NCBI GenBank assembly: GCA_964602805.1
Contig: CAZRSJ010000005.1
Span: forward strand, 1 to 63,103
Direction of reading: 5' to 3'
Length of the DNA: 63,103 bases
From: an uncultured Chromatiales bacterium
GTDB taxonomy: Bacteria; Pseudomonadota; Gammaproteobacteria; Poriferisulfidales; Poriferisulfidaceae
This document shows, one piece after another, positions 18,174 to 28,351 of the stretch. A program made the position numbers and the translations under genes. The notes below the pieces were generated by a model. The model did no database searches. It was not told the origin of the DNA and was given only the letters and a program-made list of their open reading frames with translations. The number at the start of each line of letters is the position of its first letter. Positions within the stretch are counted from its first letter, which is position 1.

Positions 18174-19631
18174 ATGATCGTCGGCTCTTTCATTTTCTTT
18201 CTGGCCCTGTTTCTGGGCATTGGGCTGTACGCGCACCTGCACTCGCGTCATAGCCACCGCGACTACCTGCTGGCCAGCCAAGAGACTCCGCCTTGGCTTG
18301 CGGGGCTTTCAGCCGGCGCGACTGCCAACAGCGGCTACATGTTCACCGGCCTGATCGGTTATGCCTATCTGGTCGGCTTGCCCTCCATCTGGTTGGGGCT
18401 CGGAATGATCATCGGCGACATCATCGCCTCGTCCTTCATCCACCGCCGCCTGCGCTCGGCCACGAACATGGGGCAAGCCGAGACCTACGCCGGCATCCTC
18501 AGCCACTGGAACGGCACGGACTTTCGGATGTACCGTCACTTGGCCGGATTCGTGTCCCTGATTTTCCTGTCCACGTATGCGGCGGCACAGTTCGTGGCCG
18601 GCAGCAAGGCACTGCATGTGCTGTTCGGCTGGGAAGAATTCGTCGGAGCCCTGATCGGCGCAGCCATCGTGGCGAGCTACAGTTGGGCCGGAGGGATCCG
18701 GGCTTCCATCTGGACGGATGCCTTGCAAGCCATCGTCATGATGGTAGCGATGATCGTATTGCTTGTGATTGCACTTGATTTCGTGGGCGGGATGTCCGCC
18801 GCCTGGGCTGCGCTGGACGCAGTCTCTCCGACACACATGAACCTGATTCCCCCGGACTTGCAGTTCGGCGCGCTGGGGCCGTTGCTGTTCGGCCTGGGCT
18901 GGATCGTCGCGGGATTCTGCGTTGTCGGGCAACCGCACATCATGGTGCGCTTCATGACGCTGGACCGCCCGGAAAACACCAATCGGGCACGCGTCTACTA
19001 CTACGCCTGGACATTCCTGTTCGGCTTGGTCGCCACTGCCATGGGCCTTTTGACCCGGATCCTTCTTCCCCCCGACATCGTGTTTGATGCCGAGTTGGCG
19101 CTGCCGACCGTGGCGCTTGATTTGCTCCCGGGAATCCTGGTTGGGGTCGTGATAGCAGGAATGTTCGCTGCCACTCTTTCTACGGCCGACTCCCTGATCC
19201 TGAGTTGCGCCGCAAACCTGACCGATGATTTCGCTCCAGAAGACCGCCTGCCCCTGGTCATCGTCAGGGGCGGCACGCTCCTGATGACGCTGGTGGCGTT
19301 GGCCATCGCCCTGTCCGGGGACCAGAGCGTCTTTACGCTGGTGATTCTTGCCTGGTCCATGATGGGGGCGGTGTTTGCCCCCTTGATTACCGTGTACGCG
19401 CTAGGCGGGCGACCAAACCAGCCGTTGGCGATCGCCATGCTGGTGTCTGCTGTTGTCTGCGTCGTGCTCTGGCAGATGACTCCGGAGCTCGCGCTCTACT
19501 ACAAGGGGTTCCTTGGCTTCATTGTTGGCTTTGTGGTGTATCTGATCGGAAGCCGCCTCGGCCTGACCCTCGGAAAATCCGACACGGCTAGGGATTCTTT
19601 CCTGCACCATGCCGAAACCGAGAGGCATTGA
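18174..19631 (+). CDS. sodium:solute symporter family transporter (PutP-like)
   Basis: 485 aa, about 13 hydrophobic segments, SSS-like motifs (GATANSGYMFTGL, WAGGIRASIWTDALQ). Confidence 0.8.
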   Translation: MIVGSFIFFLALFLGIGLYAHLHSRHSHRDYLLASQETPPWLAGLSAGATANSGYMFTGLIGYAYLVGLPSIWLGLGMIIGDIIASSFIHRRLRSATNMGQAETYAGILSHWNGTDFRMYRHLAGFVSLIFLSTYAAAQFVAGSKALHVLFGWEEFVGALIGAAIVASYSWAGGIRASIWTDALQAIVMMVAMIVLLVIALDFVGGMSAAWAALDAVSPTHMNLIPPDLQFGALGPLLFGLGWIVAGFCVVGQPHIMVRFMTLDRPENTNRARVYYYAWTFLFGLVATAMGLLTRILLPPDIVFDAELALPTVALDLLPGILVGVVIAGMFAATLSTADSLILSCAANLTDDFAPEDRLPLVIVRGGTLLMTLVALAIALSGDQSVFTLVILAWSMMGAVFAPLITVYALGGRPNQPLAIAMLVSAVVCVVLWQMTPELALYYKGFLGFIVGFVVYLIGSRLGLTLGKSDTARDSFLHHAETERH

Positions 19632-19652
19632 GCCGGAAGTGCGACTCTTATC

Positions 19653-20300
19653 TCACGAAACTGACGTCTCGTTTTCTTCCAAGTACGCGCGCAGGGCGTC
19701 GCGAGCCGCTTCAAGCCCAAGGCCGGTGCGAGCCGATACCAAGCTGATCGGCAGTTCGTTCCAATCCTGAAGCGCTTTCCGCAAATCGATCAGGGTGCAT
19801 TGTGCCTTGGAGCGCGACAACTTGTCCGCCTTGTTCAGCAAGACATGCACGGGTAAACCCACGGCGCTGCACCATTCCAGCAATTGCTGATCGCTGTCGC
19901 GCAACGGGTGGCGGATATCCATGAGCAGCATCAGGCGGACCAGGCTTTGCCGGCCTCGAAGATATCCTTCCACCATGCGTTGCCAGCCTGCGCGCTCGGC
20001 TTTGGACGCACGCGCGAAGCCATAGCCCGGCAGGTCCACCAAGCGGCGCGTTTCGTCCACGGCAAAAAAATGGAGCAGGCGGGTTCGGCCGGGAGCCGCA
20101 CTGGTCCGCGCCAGAGCGCGCCGTTCGCAAAGCGCGTTGATCACGCTCGATTTGCCGACATTGGAGCGTCCGGCAAAGGCTACTTCCACCCCCTGGTCCG
20201 GGGGGCAGTCTCCCACCCGGGGATGTCCGGAGAGGTAGGCAGTCTGGCGCAGGTCCAAAATCCGCTTGGAGTCCTTGGTCAATCTGTCACCGCCCTGCAA
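19653..20300 (-). CDS. engB: ribosome biogenesis GTP-binding protein EngB/YihA
   Basis: 215 aa. G1 FAGRSNVGKSSVINAL, DLPGYGFA, LNKADKL. Confidence 0.92.
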   Translation of the reverse strand: MQGGDRLTKDSKRILDLRQTAYLSGHPRVGDCPPDQGVEVAFAGRSNVGKSSVINALCERRALARTSAAPGRTRLLHFFAVDETRRLVDLPGYGFARASKAERAGWQRMVEGYLRGRQSLVRLMLLMDIRHPLRDSDQQLLEWCSAVGLPVHVLLNKADKLSRSKAQCTLIDLRKALQDWNELPISLVSARTGLGLEAARDALRAYLEENETSVS

Positions 20301-20312
20301 TTCGATCGGGTT

Positions 20313-20876
20313 TCACGACTCTGACCCGTGAAGGAATTGTACGATCCTGTCTACCGCCTCGTCAGGGGACAATTCCACCGTATTGATGTGCAACTCAGGA
20401 TTCTCTGGAGGCTCGTAGGGAGAATCGATGCCGGTGAAGTGCGGCAATTCGCCCCTCCGGGCCTTTGCGTAGTGACCCTTGACGTCGCGCGCCTCGCAAA
20501 CATCAATCGGCGCATCGACAAAAATTTCAACAAACTCCCCGTCTTCCATCAAAGCGCGAGCCTTTGCTCGTTCTGCGCGAAACGGGGAGATGATGGCAAC
20601 GATGGCGATCAGACCGGCGTCCACCATGAGTTTGGCAACTTCGGAAATCCGGCGGATGTTTTCCACCCGATCAGCAGGCGTAAAGTCGAGATCCCGGCTC
20701 AGCCCGAGCCGGATATTGTCCCCGTCCATAAGGTACGTATGCTGACCCAGAGCTTCAAGCTTTTTCTCCAGCAGACCCGCGATCGTCGATTTGCCGGCAC
20801 AAGGCAGGCCCGTCAACCAGAGGACGCGAGGCTGTTGATGCAAGGCATGTGCCCGCGTGGCTTTGTTGATGCTCAT
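20313..20876 (-). CDS. cysC: adenylylsulfate (APS) kinase
   Basis: 187 aa. P-loop [37 protein letters not shown]. Confidence 0.92.
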   Translation of the reverse strand: MSINKATRAHALHQQPRVLWLTGLPCAGKSTIAGLLEKKLEALGQHTYLMDGDNIRLGLSRDLDFTPADRVENIRRISEVAKLMVDAGLIAIVAIISPFRAERAKARALMEDGEFVEIFVDAPIDVCEARDVKGHYAKARRGELPHFTGIDSPYEPPENPELHINTVELSPDEAVDRIVQFLHGSES

Positions 20877-21015
20877 CCGAAGCCTTGCTCTCGATCACGG
20901 AAAGTCCATTCTAGCGATATTCTTGGCTGCGCTTTGGCTTCGATCCGAACTGCGGCCGAGAAGAGCGATTTTGTTACAATGGCGCGCCTGTATGGGATAC
21001 CCTTCCAGCTAATCA

Positions 21016-21645
21016 ATGATTCGGCACTGGATCTGGGCGGCGCTTGCGCCCGGCATCGTTTTCATGGCGTCCCCGGCCTTCGCCGAGGGCGATCCCATCG
21101 CCGGGCAAACCCGCGCGACCGTTTGCGCGGCATGCCATGGCATCGACGGGAATAGCATCAACCCGGAATGGCCCAGTCTGGCCGGGCAGGGTGCCGCATA
21201 CATGGTGACCCAGTTGAAACGGTTCCAGTCCGGTGATCGCGAAAACGTATTGATGCAGCCGCAGGCTGTCCTGCTATCTGAACAAGATATTCTCGACGTG
21301 TCTGCCTTTTACGCGGCGCAAACACCTAAGGTCGGCGTTGCCCAAGCCGACACCAAAACCCTGGAACTGGGTGAACTGGTCTATCGCGGCGGCATTCTCG
21401 ACCGGAACATACCGGCCTGCATCTCTTGCCACGGCCCAACCGGCACCGGCAATGACCCTGCCGAGTTTCCGCGGCTGGCCGGCCAACATGCCACCTATAC
21501 CATCCTGCAGTTGAAATCTTTCCGCGAAGGGTTCGAGGCGCACAAGCTTCACACCCGACAGAATCCCATGATGAACGAGGTAGCAGCCAAAATGACCGAT
21601 GAGGAAATCGAGGCTGTCGCACACTATATTTCCGGCTTGTATTGA
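21016..21645 (+). CDS. dihaem cytochrome c4
   Basis: 209 aa with a signal peptide and two CxxCH motifs (CAACHG, CISCHG), each followed by a distal Met region. Confidence 0.9.
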   Translation: MIRHWIWAALAPGIVFMASPAFAEGDPIAGQTRATVCAACHGIDGNSINPEWPSLAGQGAAYMVTQLKRFQSGDRENVLMQPQAVLLSEQDILDVSAFYAAQTPKVGVAQADTKTLELGELVYRGGILDRNIPACISCHGPTGTGNDPAEFPRLAGQHATYTILQLKSFREGFEAHKLHTRQNPMMNEVAAKMTDEEIEAVAHYISGLY

Positions 21646-22286
21646 TGACTCCCTTGCGACTCGCCACGCTCGGTCTGGCGAGCCTGTTGACGGCCACCGC
21701 GCCCGCCCACGAAGCCGCGGATCATCCCGACCACAAGTTCGAAGAGGGTCAGCACTACACCGTGCTGGAAAATATCCCGCCTGCCGAAGTGCCGGAGGGA
21801 AAAACCGAACTGATCGAATTCTTCTGGTACGGCTGTCCGCACTGCTACAGATTGGAGCCGTTGCTCAAGCCCTGGCTTGAGGAGCGAACCGACACGGTTC
21901 ACGTGCGGCTCGTCCCGGCCATCTTCAGTGCACGATGGGTGGTGGGCGCCCGGGTGTACTACACCTTGGAATTGATGGATCGATTGGATCTGCACCCCGT
22001 CGTCTTCAACCTCGTGCATGAGCAGGGCCGCCCGCTGCAAAGCGGCGAGGGGATCGGGCGCATGCTCGAAATCTTTGAAATTGACCCGGAAGCTTTCGCG
22101 GAGACGTTCCGCTCGCAGGCGGTCACCGACCGACTGGAAGAGGCGCGGGAATTGCCTAAAACCTACGGTATCGACGGTGTGCCAGCCCTAGCAGTGGACG
22201 GACGATACCGGATCACGACCCGGAACGCGACCAATTACCAGATGCTTCTGGATATCGCGGATTTTCTGGTTCACGAAAAGCCCTGA
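21642..22286 (+). CDS. dsbA: thiol:disulfide interchange protein DsbA
   Basis: 214 aa with a signal peptide and active site FFWYGCPHCY. 4-nt overlap with the cytochrome c4 gene. Confidence 0.92.
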   Translation: MMTPLRLATLGLASLLTATAPAHEAADHPDHKFEEGQHYTVLENIPPAEVPEGKTELIEFFWYGCPHCYRLEPLLKPWLEERTDTVHVRLVPAIFSARWVVGARVYYTLELMDRLDLHPVVFNLVHEQGRPLQSGEGIGRMLEIFEIDPEAFAETFRSQAVTDRLEEARELPKTYGIDGVPALAVDGRYRITTRNATNYQMLLDIADFLVHEKP

Positions 22287-22529
22287 ACCTCCGGCTTGCC
22301 GGCTTCCGAAAAGCAAACAGCCGGCCTAGGCGGCATGCTGATTTCTAAGGGGGAGGGTGGCTCCGGCGCAAACAGAGGGCTTTGAACCGGAGCCGAACCG
22401 TACCCGACAGGGGATCCCGGATACGGTGATAACTGTTTAGAATAAATCCGAACCTGAAGGTTCCGCCCCTCTTGATTCGTAGTGTACCGCATACTGCGCT
22501 TTCCCCCAAATATCTTCCCCGCGCCCCGA

Positions 22530-25247
22530 TCAGTGTGCCTGATCCCAGTTATCGCCGGAGCAGATGTCGACCACCATTGGCACGTCTAATTCGCTGACCC
22601 CTTCCATTCGCTCCCTGAGACCGTCGGCAATTTCCTCGATTTTCTCGCCCGGGACTTCCGCAACCAGTTCGTCATGCACCTGGAGAATAAGTGCGCAGTC
22701 CGGGTGCTCCGCCTTCAACCACCCGTGCACGCCAATCATGGCCTGTTTGATGATATCCGCTGCAGTCCCCTGCATGGGAGCATTGATCGCAGTGCGCTCC
22801 GCATACATGCGCTGGTTGTAGTTGCGTGAGGAAATACCGTCGACATGCAGCCGTCGGCCGAGCACCGTCTCCACGTAGCCCCGTTCGCGCGCTTGTTCAC
22901 GCGTCCGGTTCATGTAATTTAGGACTTCCGGGTAGCGCTCGAAATAGGTTTTCACGTAATCTTCCGCTTGGTTCCGGCCAATGCGCAGTTGCCGGGCAAG
23001 ACCGAACCCGCTCATGCCGTACATCAATCCGAAATTGATGGCTTTCGCCGTGCGACGCTGATCCGGCGTGACCGCATCATGGGCGATCCCGAATATTTCC
23101 GCGGCCGTCGCCCGGTGTACGTCATCCTTGTTCCGGAAGGCCTGGCACAAGGTCGGGTCTTTCGAGATGTGGGCCATGATGCGAAGTTCGATCTGCGAAT
23201 AGTCGGCCGCAATCAGGACACATCCCGGGCGTGCGACGAATGCCTGGCGGACCCGCCGGCCCTGTTCCGTTCGGATCGGGATGTTCTGCAAGTTCGGGTC
23301 GGACGAAGACAACCGCCCGGTCGCCGTGACCGCCTGGTGGAACGAGGTGTGCAGGCGCCCGGTTTCAGGATTGATCATCTGCGGCAGTTTGCCGACATAA
23401 GTCGACAGCAGCTTGGTTTGTTGCCGGTAATTCAGAATCATGTCCGGCAAAACGTCCAACGCCGCCAATTCCTCCAGCACATCCTCGGCCGTGGATGGCG
23501 CACCCTTGGGGGTCTTCCGCAACGGCTCCAGACCACGTTCTTCGAACAGCACCTTCTGCAATTCCTGGGTCGAGTTCAGATTCAACTCGCGTCCGCATTC
23601 GCGGGTTATCTCTTCCTTCAGCGCCTCCAGGTCTTTTTCCAATTCTTCCGACTGCTTCTGCAAGGTTTCCGTGTCGATCAACACGCCAACCCGTTCCATG
23701 TCTTCCAACACCCGGATTAGGGGCAGTTCCAACTGCTCATAGACCGCCTGGAGGGTTGGAGCTTTCTGCAGACGAGGCCATAAAGTCCGGTGCAGGCGTA
23801 ACGTCATGTCTGCATCTTCGGCGGCGTACTGGCTGGCCTGGTCAATCGGCACTTCATCGAAACCGATTTGCTTCTTCCCCGTTCCCGTGACCTCGCTGTA
23901 GCGAATGGTTTCCTCGTTCAGATACATCCGGGACAGATTGTCCAGGCTGTGTCGGCTGGCCGTCGAGTTGTACACGTAGGACTCGAGCATGCTGTCGTGC
24001 ATCGGGCCGTCGACAGCGGCACCATGACGCCGCAGGACAGCCAGGTCGTATTTGAAGTGATGCCCGATCTTGGCCAGCTTCGAGTCGGTCAGCAACGACT
24101 GCAACCGCTCCAGCACTTGCTCCTGATCCAGTTGCGGCGGGGAACCCAGCGCCGTATGGCCGAGCGGAATATAGGCGGCCTCTCCCGGTGCAGTCGCAAG
24201 AGAAATCCCGACCAACGCGGCGCGCTGAGGATCCAAACTGGTGGTTTCAGTGTCCAGCGCAAAAGTGCCGGCTTCCCGTGCGGCAGTCACCCATCGATCC
24301 AGATCCTCCAAGGTCAGGATCGTGGAATAGTTTCTCCCGCGGGCTCCCTGGGATGCCCCTTCAGAACTTTCGGCAGTAGCGTCCTTGGATGCGTGCAGTT
24401 CTCGAAGGAACGAGCGTAGATCATGCTCCTTGTACAGGGTCTCTAGCCGCGAGAAATCGAGAGGGCGGCGCGCCAAGTCGCGGGGCGACTGATCCAACTC
24501 GAGATCGACTCGAATCGTAACCAGCTTCCGGTACAGCGGCAAATCGTCCAGGCTGGCCCGCAAATTCTCGCCAGCTTTCCCCTTGATCGAGTCTACGTTT
24601 TCAATAAGTTTCCCCAGTGTGCCGTATTCCTGAAGCCATTTGGCCGATGTTTTCGGGCCCACTTTGGGAACCCCCGGGATGTTGTCCACCGCATCACCGG
24701 CCAGTGTCTGGTAGTCGATGAATTGATCGGGGCGAACTTCGAACTTCTCCATCACCCGGGCCGCATCCATGGGCGGGCGGTCAATATCGATCAGGGTCAC
24801 GTGTTCCGTGACCAGCTGCGCCATGTCCTTGTCGCTGGAGAGGATGAGCACGTCCAAGCCCTCGGCCTCGCCCTTATGCGCCAAGGTGCCGATGACGTCG
24901 TCGGCTTCGACATCCGGCACAACCAGCAGGGGCAGACCCAGTGCCTCGATGATTTTCTGCAGCGGTTCGATTTGTGTCCTCAGTTCCGGTTCCATCGGTT
25001 TCCGGTTGGCCTTGTATTCCGGATACAAATCGTGGCGGAAGTTTTTCCCCGGAGCATCCATGACCACCGCCACATAAGCCGGAGTGGTCAAGCGCAACTG
25101 TCTTTGCAGGGTGTTGACCACACCGAAGATGGCACCGGTCGGACGCCCTCGGTGATCCGTCAGGCTGGCGTGTACGTGGTAGGAGCGGTGCAGGTAGGCG
25201 GAACCGTCGACCAGCAACAGGTTGGGCCGCGATTGAGGGTCAGCCAT
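22530..25247 (-). CDS. polA: DNA polymerase I
   Basis: Internal Met MADPQSRPNLLLVDGSAYLHRSYH of ORF 22530..25514. 5'-nuclease, 3'-5' exonuclease (FALDTETTSLD) and polymerase motifs (DYSQIELRIMAH, QVHDELV). Confidence 0.95.
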   Translation of the reverse strand: MADPQSRPNLLLVDGSAYLHRSYHVHASLTDHRGRPTGAIFGVVNTLQRQLRLTTPAYVAVVMDAPGKNFRHDLYPEYKANRKPMEPELRTQIEPLQKIIEALGLPLLVVPDVEADDVIGTLAHKGEAEGLDVLILSSDKDMAQLVTEHVTLIDIDRPPMDAARVMEKFEVRPDQFIDYQTLAGDAVDNIPGVPKVGPKTSAKWLQEYGTLGKLIENVDSIKGKAGENLRASLDDLPLYRKLVTIRVDLELDQSPRDLARRPLDFSRLETLYKEHDLRSFLRELHASKDATAESSEGASQGARGRNYSTILTLEDLDRWVTAAREAGTFALDTETTSLDPQRAALVGISLATAPGEAAYIPLGHTALGSPPQLDQEQVLERLQSLLTDSKLAKIGHHFKYDLAVLRRHGAAVDGPMHDSMLESYVYNSTASRHSLDNLSRMYLNEETIRYSEVTGTGKKQIGFDEVPIDQASQYAAEDADMTLRLHRTLWPRLQKAPTLQAVYEQLELPLIRVLEDMERVGVLIDTETLQKQSEELEKDLEALKEEITRECGRELNLNSTQELQKVLFEERGLEPLRKTPKGAPSTAEDVLEELAALDVLPDMILNYRQQTKLLSTYVGKLPQMINPETGRLHTSFHQAVTATGRLSSSDPNLQNIPIRTEQGRRVRQAFVARPGCVLIAADYSQIELRIMAHISKDPTLCQAFRNKDDVHRATAAEIFGIAHDAVTPDQRRTAKAINFGLMYGMSGFGLARQLRIGRNQAEDYVKTYFERYPEVLNYMNRTREQARERGYVETVLGRRLHVDGISSRNYNQRMYAERTAINAPMQGTAADIIKQAMIGVHGWLKAEHPDCALILQVHDELVAEVPGEKIEEIADGLRERMEGVSELDVPMVVDICSGDNWDQAH

Positions 25248-25325
25248 GTCAAGAAAAACGGGTAGAACGGTATTATATAAAGATGTCAGCGAGCCTCTAA
25301 AATTCCCGGAATTTTTACCCGACAG

Positions 25326-25736
25326 ATGCTTATGGCCTCCCCGCCCACCCTGCGCGACATCGAGGCGATGGCCGATCAGGCATTCGCTGAAATCCCAGAT
25401 GAACTGGCACGCCACGCGACCGCAGTTGCAATTCATGTGTGCGACTTCCCCGACGAGGAGACATGTCGGACGATGGAACTGGAGAGCCCGTTCGACCTTC
25501 TTGGGCTTTACCACGGCGTCAGCCTGGATCAGAAATCAGTGGACGACCTGCCGCAGGACCTAGATCATGTCTACCTGTACCGGCGTCCGATACTGGAATA
25601 CTGGGAAGAGCAGGGCGGTGACCTGGCGGATCTGGTCCGCCAGATACTGTTGCACGAAATCGGCCATCATTTCGGCTTCTCGGATGCGGAAATGGACCAC
25701 ATCTGCGCACAGGCGCGCCGGGAAGCAAAAAAATAA
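25326..25736 (+). CDS. small zinc metallopeptidase-like protein (HExxH, DUF1025-like)
   Basis: 136 aa. LLHEIGHHFGFSDAEM motif. Divergent from polA. Confidence 0.65.
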   Translation: MLMASPPTLRDIEAMADQAFAEIPDELARHATAVAIHVCDFPDEETCRTMELESPFDLLGLYHGVSLDQKSVDDLPQDLDHVYLYRRPILEYWEEQGGDLADLVRQILLHEIGHHFGFSDAEMDHICAQARREAKK

Positions 25737-25829
25737 CGGCGGACTGAACTGATGGGCTTTCGGCGTGGGCCCGCGTAGCTTTCCGCGCGCACCGATGCGG
25801 TACGATAAAGTGCTCGTTTTCGACTTCCC

Positions 25830-26345
25830 ATGTTTGATTTTCTCGCTGCCATCGACCGGGCGCTGAGCACGTTATGCGCCTGGACGGGCAGGGCCGTGGC
25901 TTGGTTGACGTTGGCCATGGTGCTCCTGACCGCCACCGTGGTGGTATTGCGCTACGGGTTTGGATTCGGGCGAATCTACCTGCAGGAAATCATCACGTAC
26001 CTGCACGCGACCGTGTTCATGTTGGCCGCGGCCTGGACCCTGCGTCTTGACGGGCATGTGCGCGTAGACGTGCTGTACCGCTCCCTGAAGCCACGCACTC
26101 AGGCCTGGGTGGATCTGCTCGGTTCAGTTTTCTTGCTGCTGCCAACCGCGGGCCTGTTGCTTTGGCTGTCCTACGACTATGCGGAAAAGGCTTGGGAGTT
26201 GAAGGAAGCGTCGCGCGAAACAGACGGCCTGCCGTTTCTGTACATCCTGAAAGCCGTCATTCCGGTCGCATCGGGACTGCTGGTCCTGCAAGGAATGGCG
26301 GACATTCTGCAACGAGTCAGGCAATTGGCCGGAGATCAGGAATGA
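25830..26345 (+). CDS. TRAP transporter small permease subunit (DctQ family)
   Basis: 171 aa, four hydrophobic helices. ATGA overlap with the following DctM-like gene. Confidence 0.8.
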   Translation: MFDFLAAIDRALSTLCAWTGRAVAWLTLAMVLLTATVVVLRYGFGFGRIYLQEIITYLHATVFMLAAAWTLRLDGHVRVDVLYRSLKPRTQAWVDLLGSVFLLLPTAGLLLWLSYDYAEKAWELKEASRETDGLPFLYILKAVIPVASGLLVLQGMADILQRVRQLAGDQE

Positions 26346-27715
26346 TCTGGGCGCTGACGCTGTTCGGACTGGTCGTGCTGGTGTTGATGGCTGGCTATCC
26401 GGTCGCGTTCACGCTGGCCGGGATCTCCCTGCTGGTCGCGGCAGTAGCCACGGCGGCGGGAGTCTTTGATCCGGCCCTGCTGCTGACGCTGCCGTCGAGA
26501 GTGTTCGGTATCATGACTAACGACATCCTCATTGCGGCTCCCCTGTTCATCTTCATGGGAGTGACCCTGCAGCGTTCGAGGGTCGCCGAGGACCTGCTGG
26601 AGACGATGAGTCGATTGTGCGGGGCATTGCCCGGTGGGCTGGGCCTTTCGGTCATGGTGGTTGGAGTCCTGCTGGCTGCGAGCACCGGCATCGTCGGAGC
26701 AACGGTGGTCACGCTGGGCCTGCTGGCCCTGCCCAGCATGCTGCAGCGCGGCTACGACCCGCCGGTCGCCTGCGGCGCCATATGCGCGTCCGGCACTTTG
26801 GGACAAATCATTCCACCTTCGATCGTCCTGGTCCTGCTGGGCGACGTGATGTCTTCCGCCTTCCAAAAAGCCCAATTGGACATGGGCATCTTTTCACCGC
26901 AGACGGTTTCAGTCGCGGACCTTTTCGCGGGGGCCATGCTCCCGGGACTGGCGCTGGTCGGACTGTACGTGACTTACCTGCTGTTTACCGCCTGGCGCAA
27001 CCCCGAGCGCCTGCCTTCAGGATCCCAAGATTCCAAAGCCCATGAACTTTCAATTGGCGAAGTGCTGGGCGTCCTGGTGGCCCCGTTAGCCCTGATCGTC
27101 ACGGTGCTTGGAGCCATCCTGGCAGGGTTTGCCACGCCGACGGAAGCGGCTTCCTTGGGGGCGGTCGGCAGCCTCCTGCTCGCACGTCGCGAAGGGCCCG
27201 TAACCTTGGACATGCTGCGCGGCATCACACGGGATACGGCGCGAGTGACCAGCATGGTGTTCATGGTGCTGATCGGCGCCTCGATTTTCTCGCTGGTGTT
27301 TCGCGGCCTCGGCGGCGATGACCTGGTGCACGAGTGGCTGTCCAATCTGCCCGGCGGCGTAATCGGCGCCATGGTGGCGGTCATGCTGCTGATGTTTCTA
27401 CTTGGCTTTGTGCTGGATTTCATCGAGATTACTTACGTGGTGGTGCCCCTGGTCGGGCCCGTGCTCTTGATGATGGGACTGGATCCGATCTGGCTCGGTG
27501 TGATGATCGCGATCAACCTGCAGACCTCTTTTCTGACTCCACCGTTCGGTTTCGCCTTGTTTTACCTCCGCGGCGTTGCACCCGACACCGTGGCCACGGT
27601 ACAGATCTACCGCGGCGTGATGCCGTTCATTGCCCTGCAGGTTCTGATGCTGGCCATCCTCGCGCTATGGCCGGAACTGGCAACTTGGTTGCCACAACAG
27701 ATTTTTGGATATTGA
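26342..27715 (+). CDS. TRAP transporter large permease subunit (DctM family)
   Basis: Internal Met MIWALTLFGLVVLVLMAGYPVAF of ORF 26162..27715. Polytopic. DctM-like motifs (GGLGLSVMVVGVLLAASTG, FLTPPFGFALFYLRG). Confidence 0.85.
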   Translation: MIWALTLFGLVVLVLMAGYPVAFTLAGISLLVAAVATAAGVFDPALLLTLPSRVFGIMTNDILIAAPLFIFMGVTLQRSRVAEDLLETMSRLCGALPGGLGLSVMVVGVLLAASTGIVGATVVTLGLLALPSMLQRGYDPPVACGAICASGTLGQIIPPSIVLVLLGDVMSSAFQKAQLDMGIFSPQTVSVADLFAGAMLPGLALVGLYVTYLLFTAWRNPERLPSGSQDSKAHELSIGEVLGVLVAPLALIVTVLGAILAGFATPTEAASLGAVGSLLLARREGPVTLDMLRGITRDTARVTSMVFMVLIGASIFSLVFRGLGGDDLVHEWLSNLPGGVIGAMVAVMLLMFLLGFVLDFIEITYVVVPLVGPVLLMMGLDPIWLGVMIAINLQTSFLTPPFGFALFYLRGVAPDTVATVQIYRGVMPFIALQVLMLAILALWPELATWLPQQIFGY

Positions 27716-27732
27716 GGGAACGCGTCCCGGAA

Positions 27733-28326
27733 TTAGTACGGCGTTTCCAGGATCATCTGCATGGTCTGCAGACCGGTAACCACCAGTACGGCATAGATCG
27801 CGCCCGTGCTCATGATGATGATGCGCTTCTGCCGAAGCATTTCCTCATTCATCATCGGGCCGATCAGCATCCAGGTTGCGGCAGCCAGATTGGCGCCGAA
27901 GAAGCCGTAATAAGTCGCGAGTTCGCCGAATGCCGCCTGTTCACTGGCGACTATGAAGGAGCCCCAGACAGCCACAGCTGCTCCAATATAAGTCCCGATC
28001 CGGATGATTGTGGCGGAAATCATCCCGGTCGGTTGCAGCAACACCAGCAGGCCGAAAACCGAGAGTATCCACCACCAGATCAGGTTGGTCGCGTGCGGCG
28101 CGTATTCGGGGTTCTTGAACATCGAAATGGCAATCATGACGTACGTCAGTCCGCTGATTGACATAGCCAAACGGAGAATCCACAGATCCGTCTCGCGCAT
28201 GCGGACGAAGGAACTGGCTATCCAGAGCGCGGCCACAAAATTGAACAGGCACGACGCATAGTAAAGAACAGAATGTACAAGGGATGGGGTCGCCAGAAAT
28301 TCGTTCATTGCCGGGATTCCGTTCAA
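27733..28326 (-). CDS. hypothetical polytopic membrane protein
   Basis: 197 aa, about six hydrophobic helices, no motif recognised. It sits between the TRAP permease genes and the TRAP binding-protein gene. Confidence 0.5.
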   Translation of the reverse strand: MNGIPAMNEFLATPSLVHSVLYYASCLFNFVAALWIASSFVRMRETDLWILRLAMSISGLTYVMIAISMFKNPEYAPHATNLIWWWILSVFGLLVLLQPTGMISATIIRIGTYIGAAVAVWGSFIVASEQAAFGELATYYGFFGANLAAATWMLIGPMMNEEMLRQKRIIIMSTGAIYAVLVVTGLQTMQMILETPY

Positions 28327-28351
28327 GCCTCGAAAGCGGACTTATTCTACA

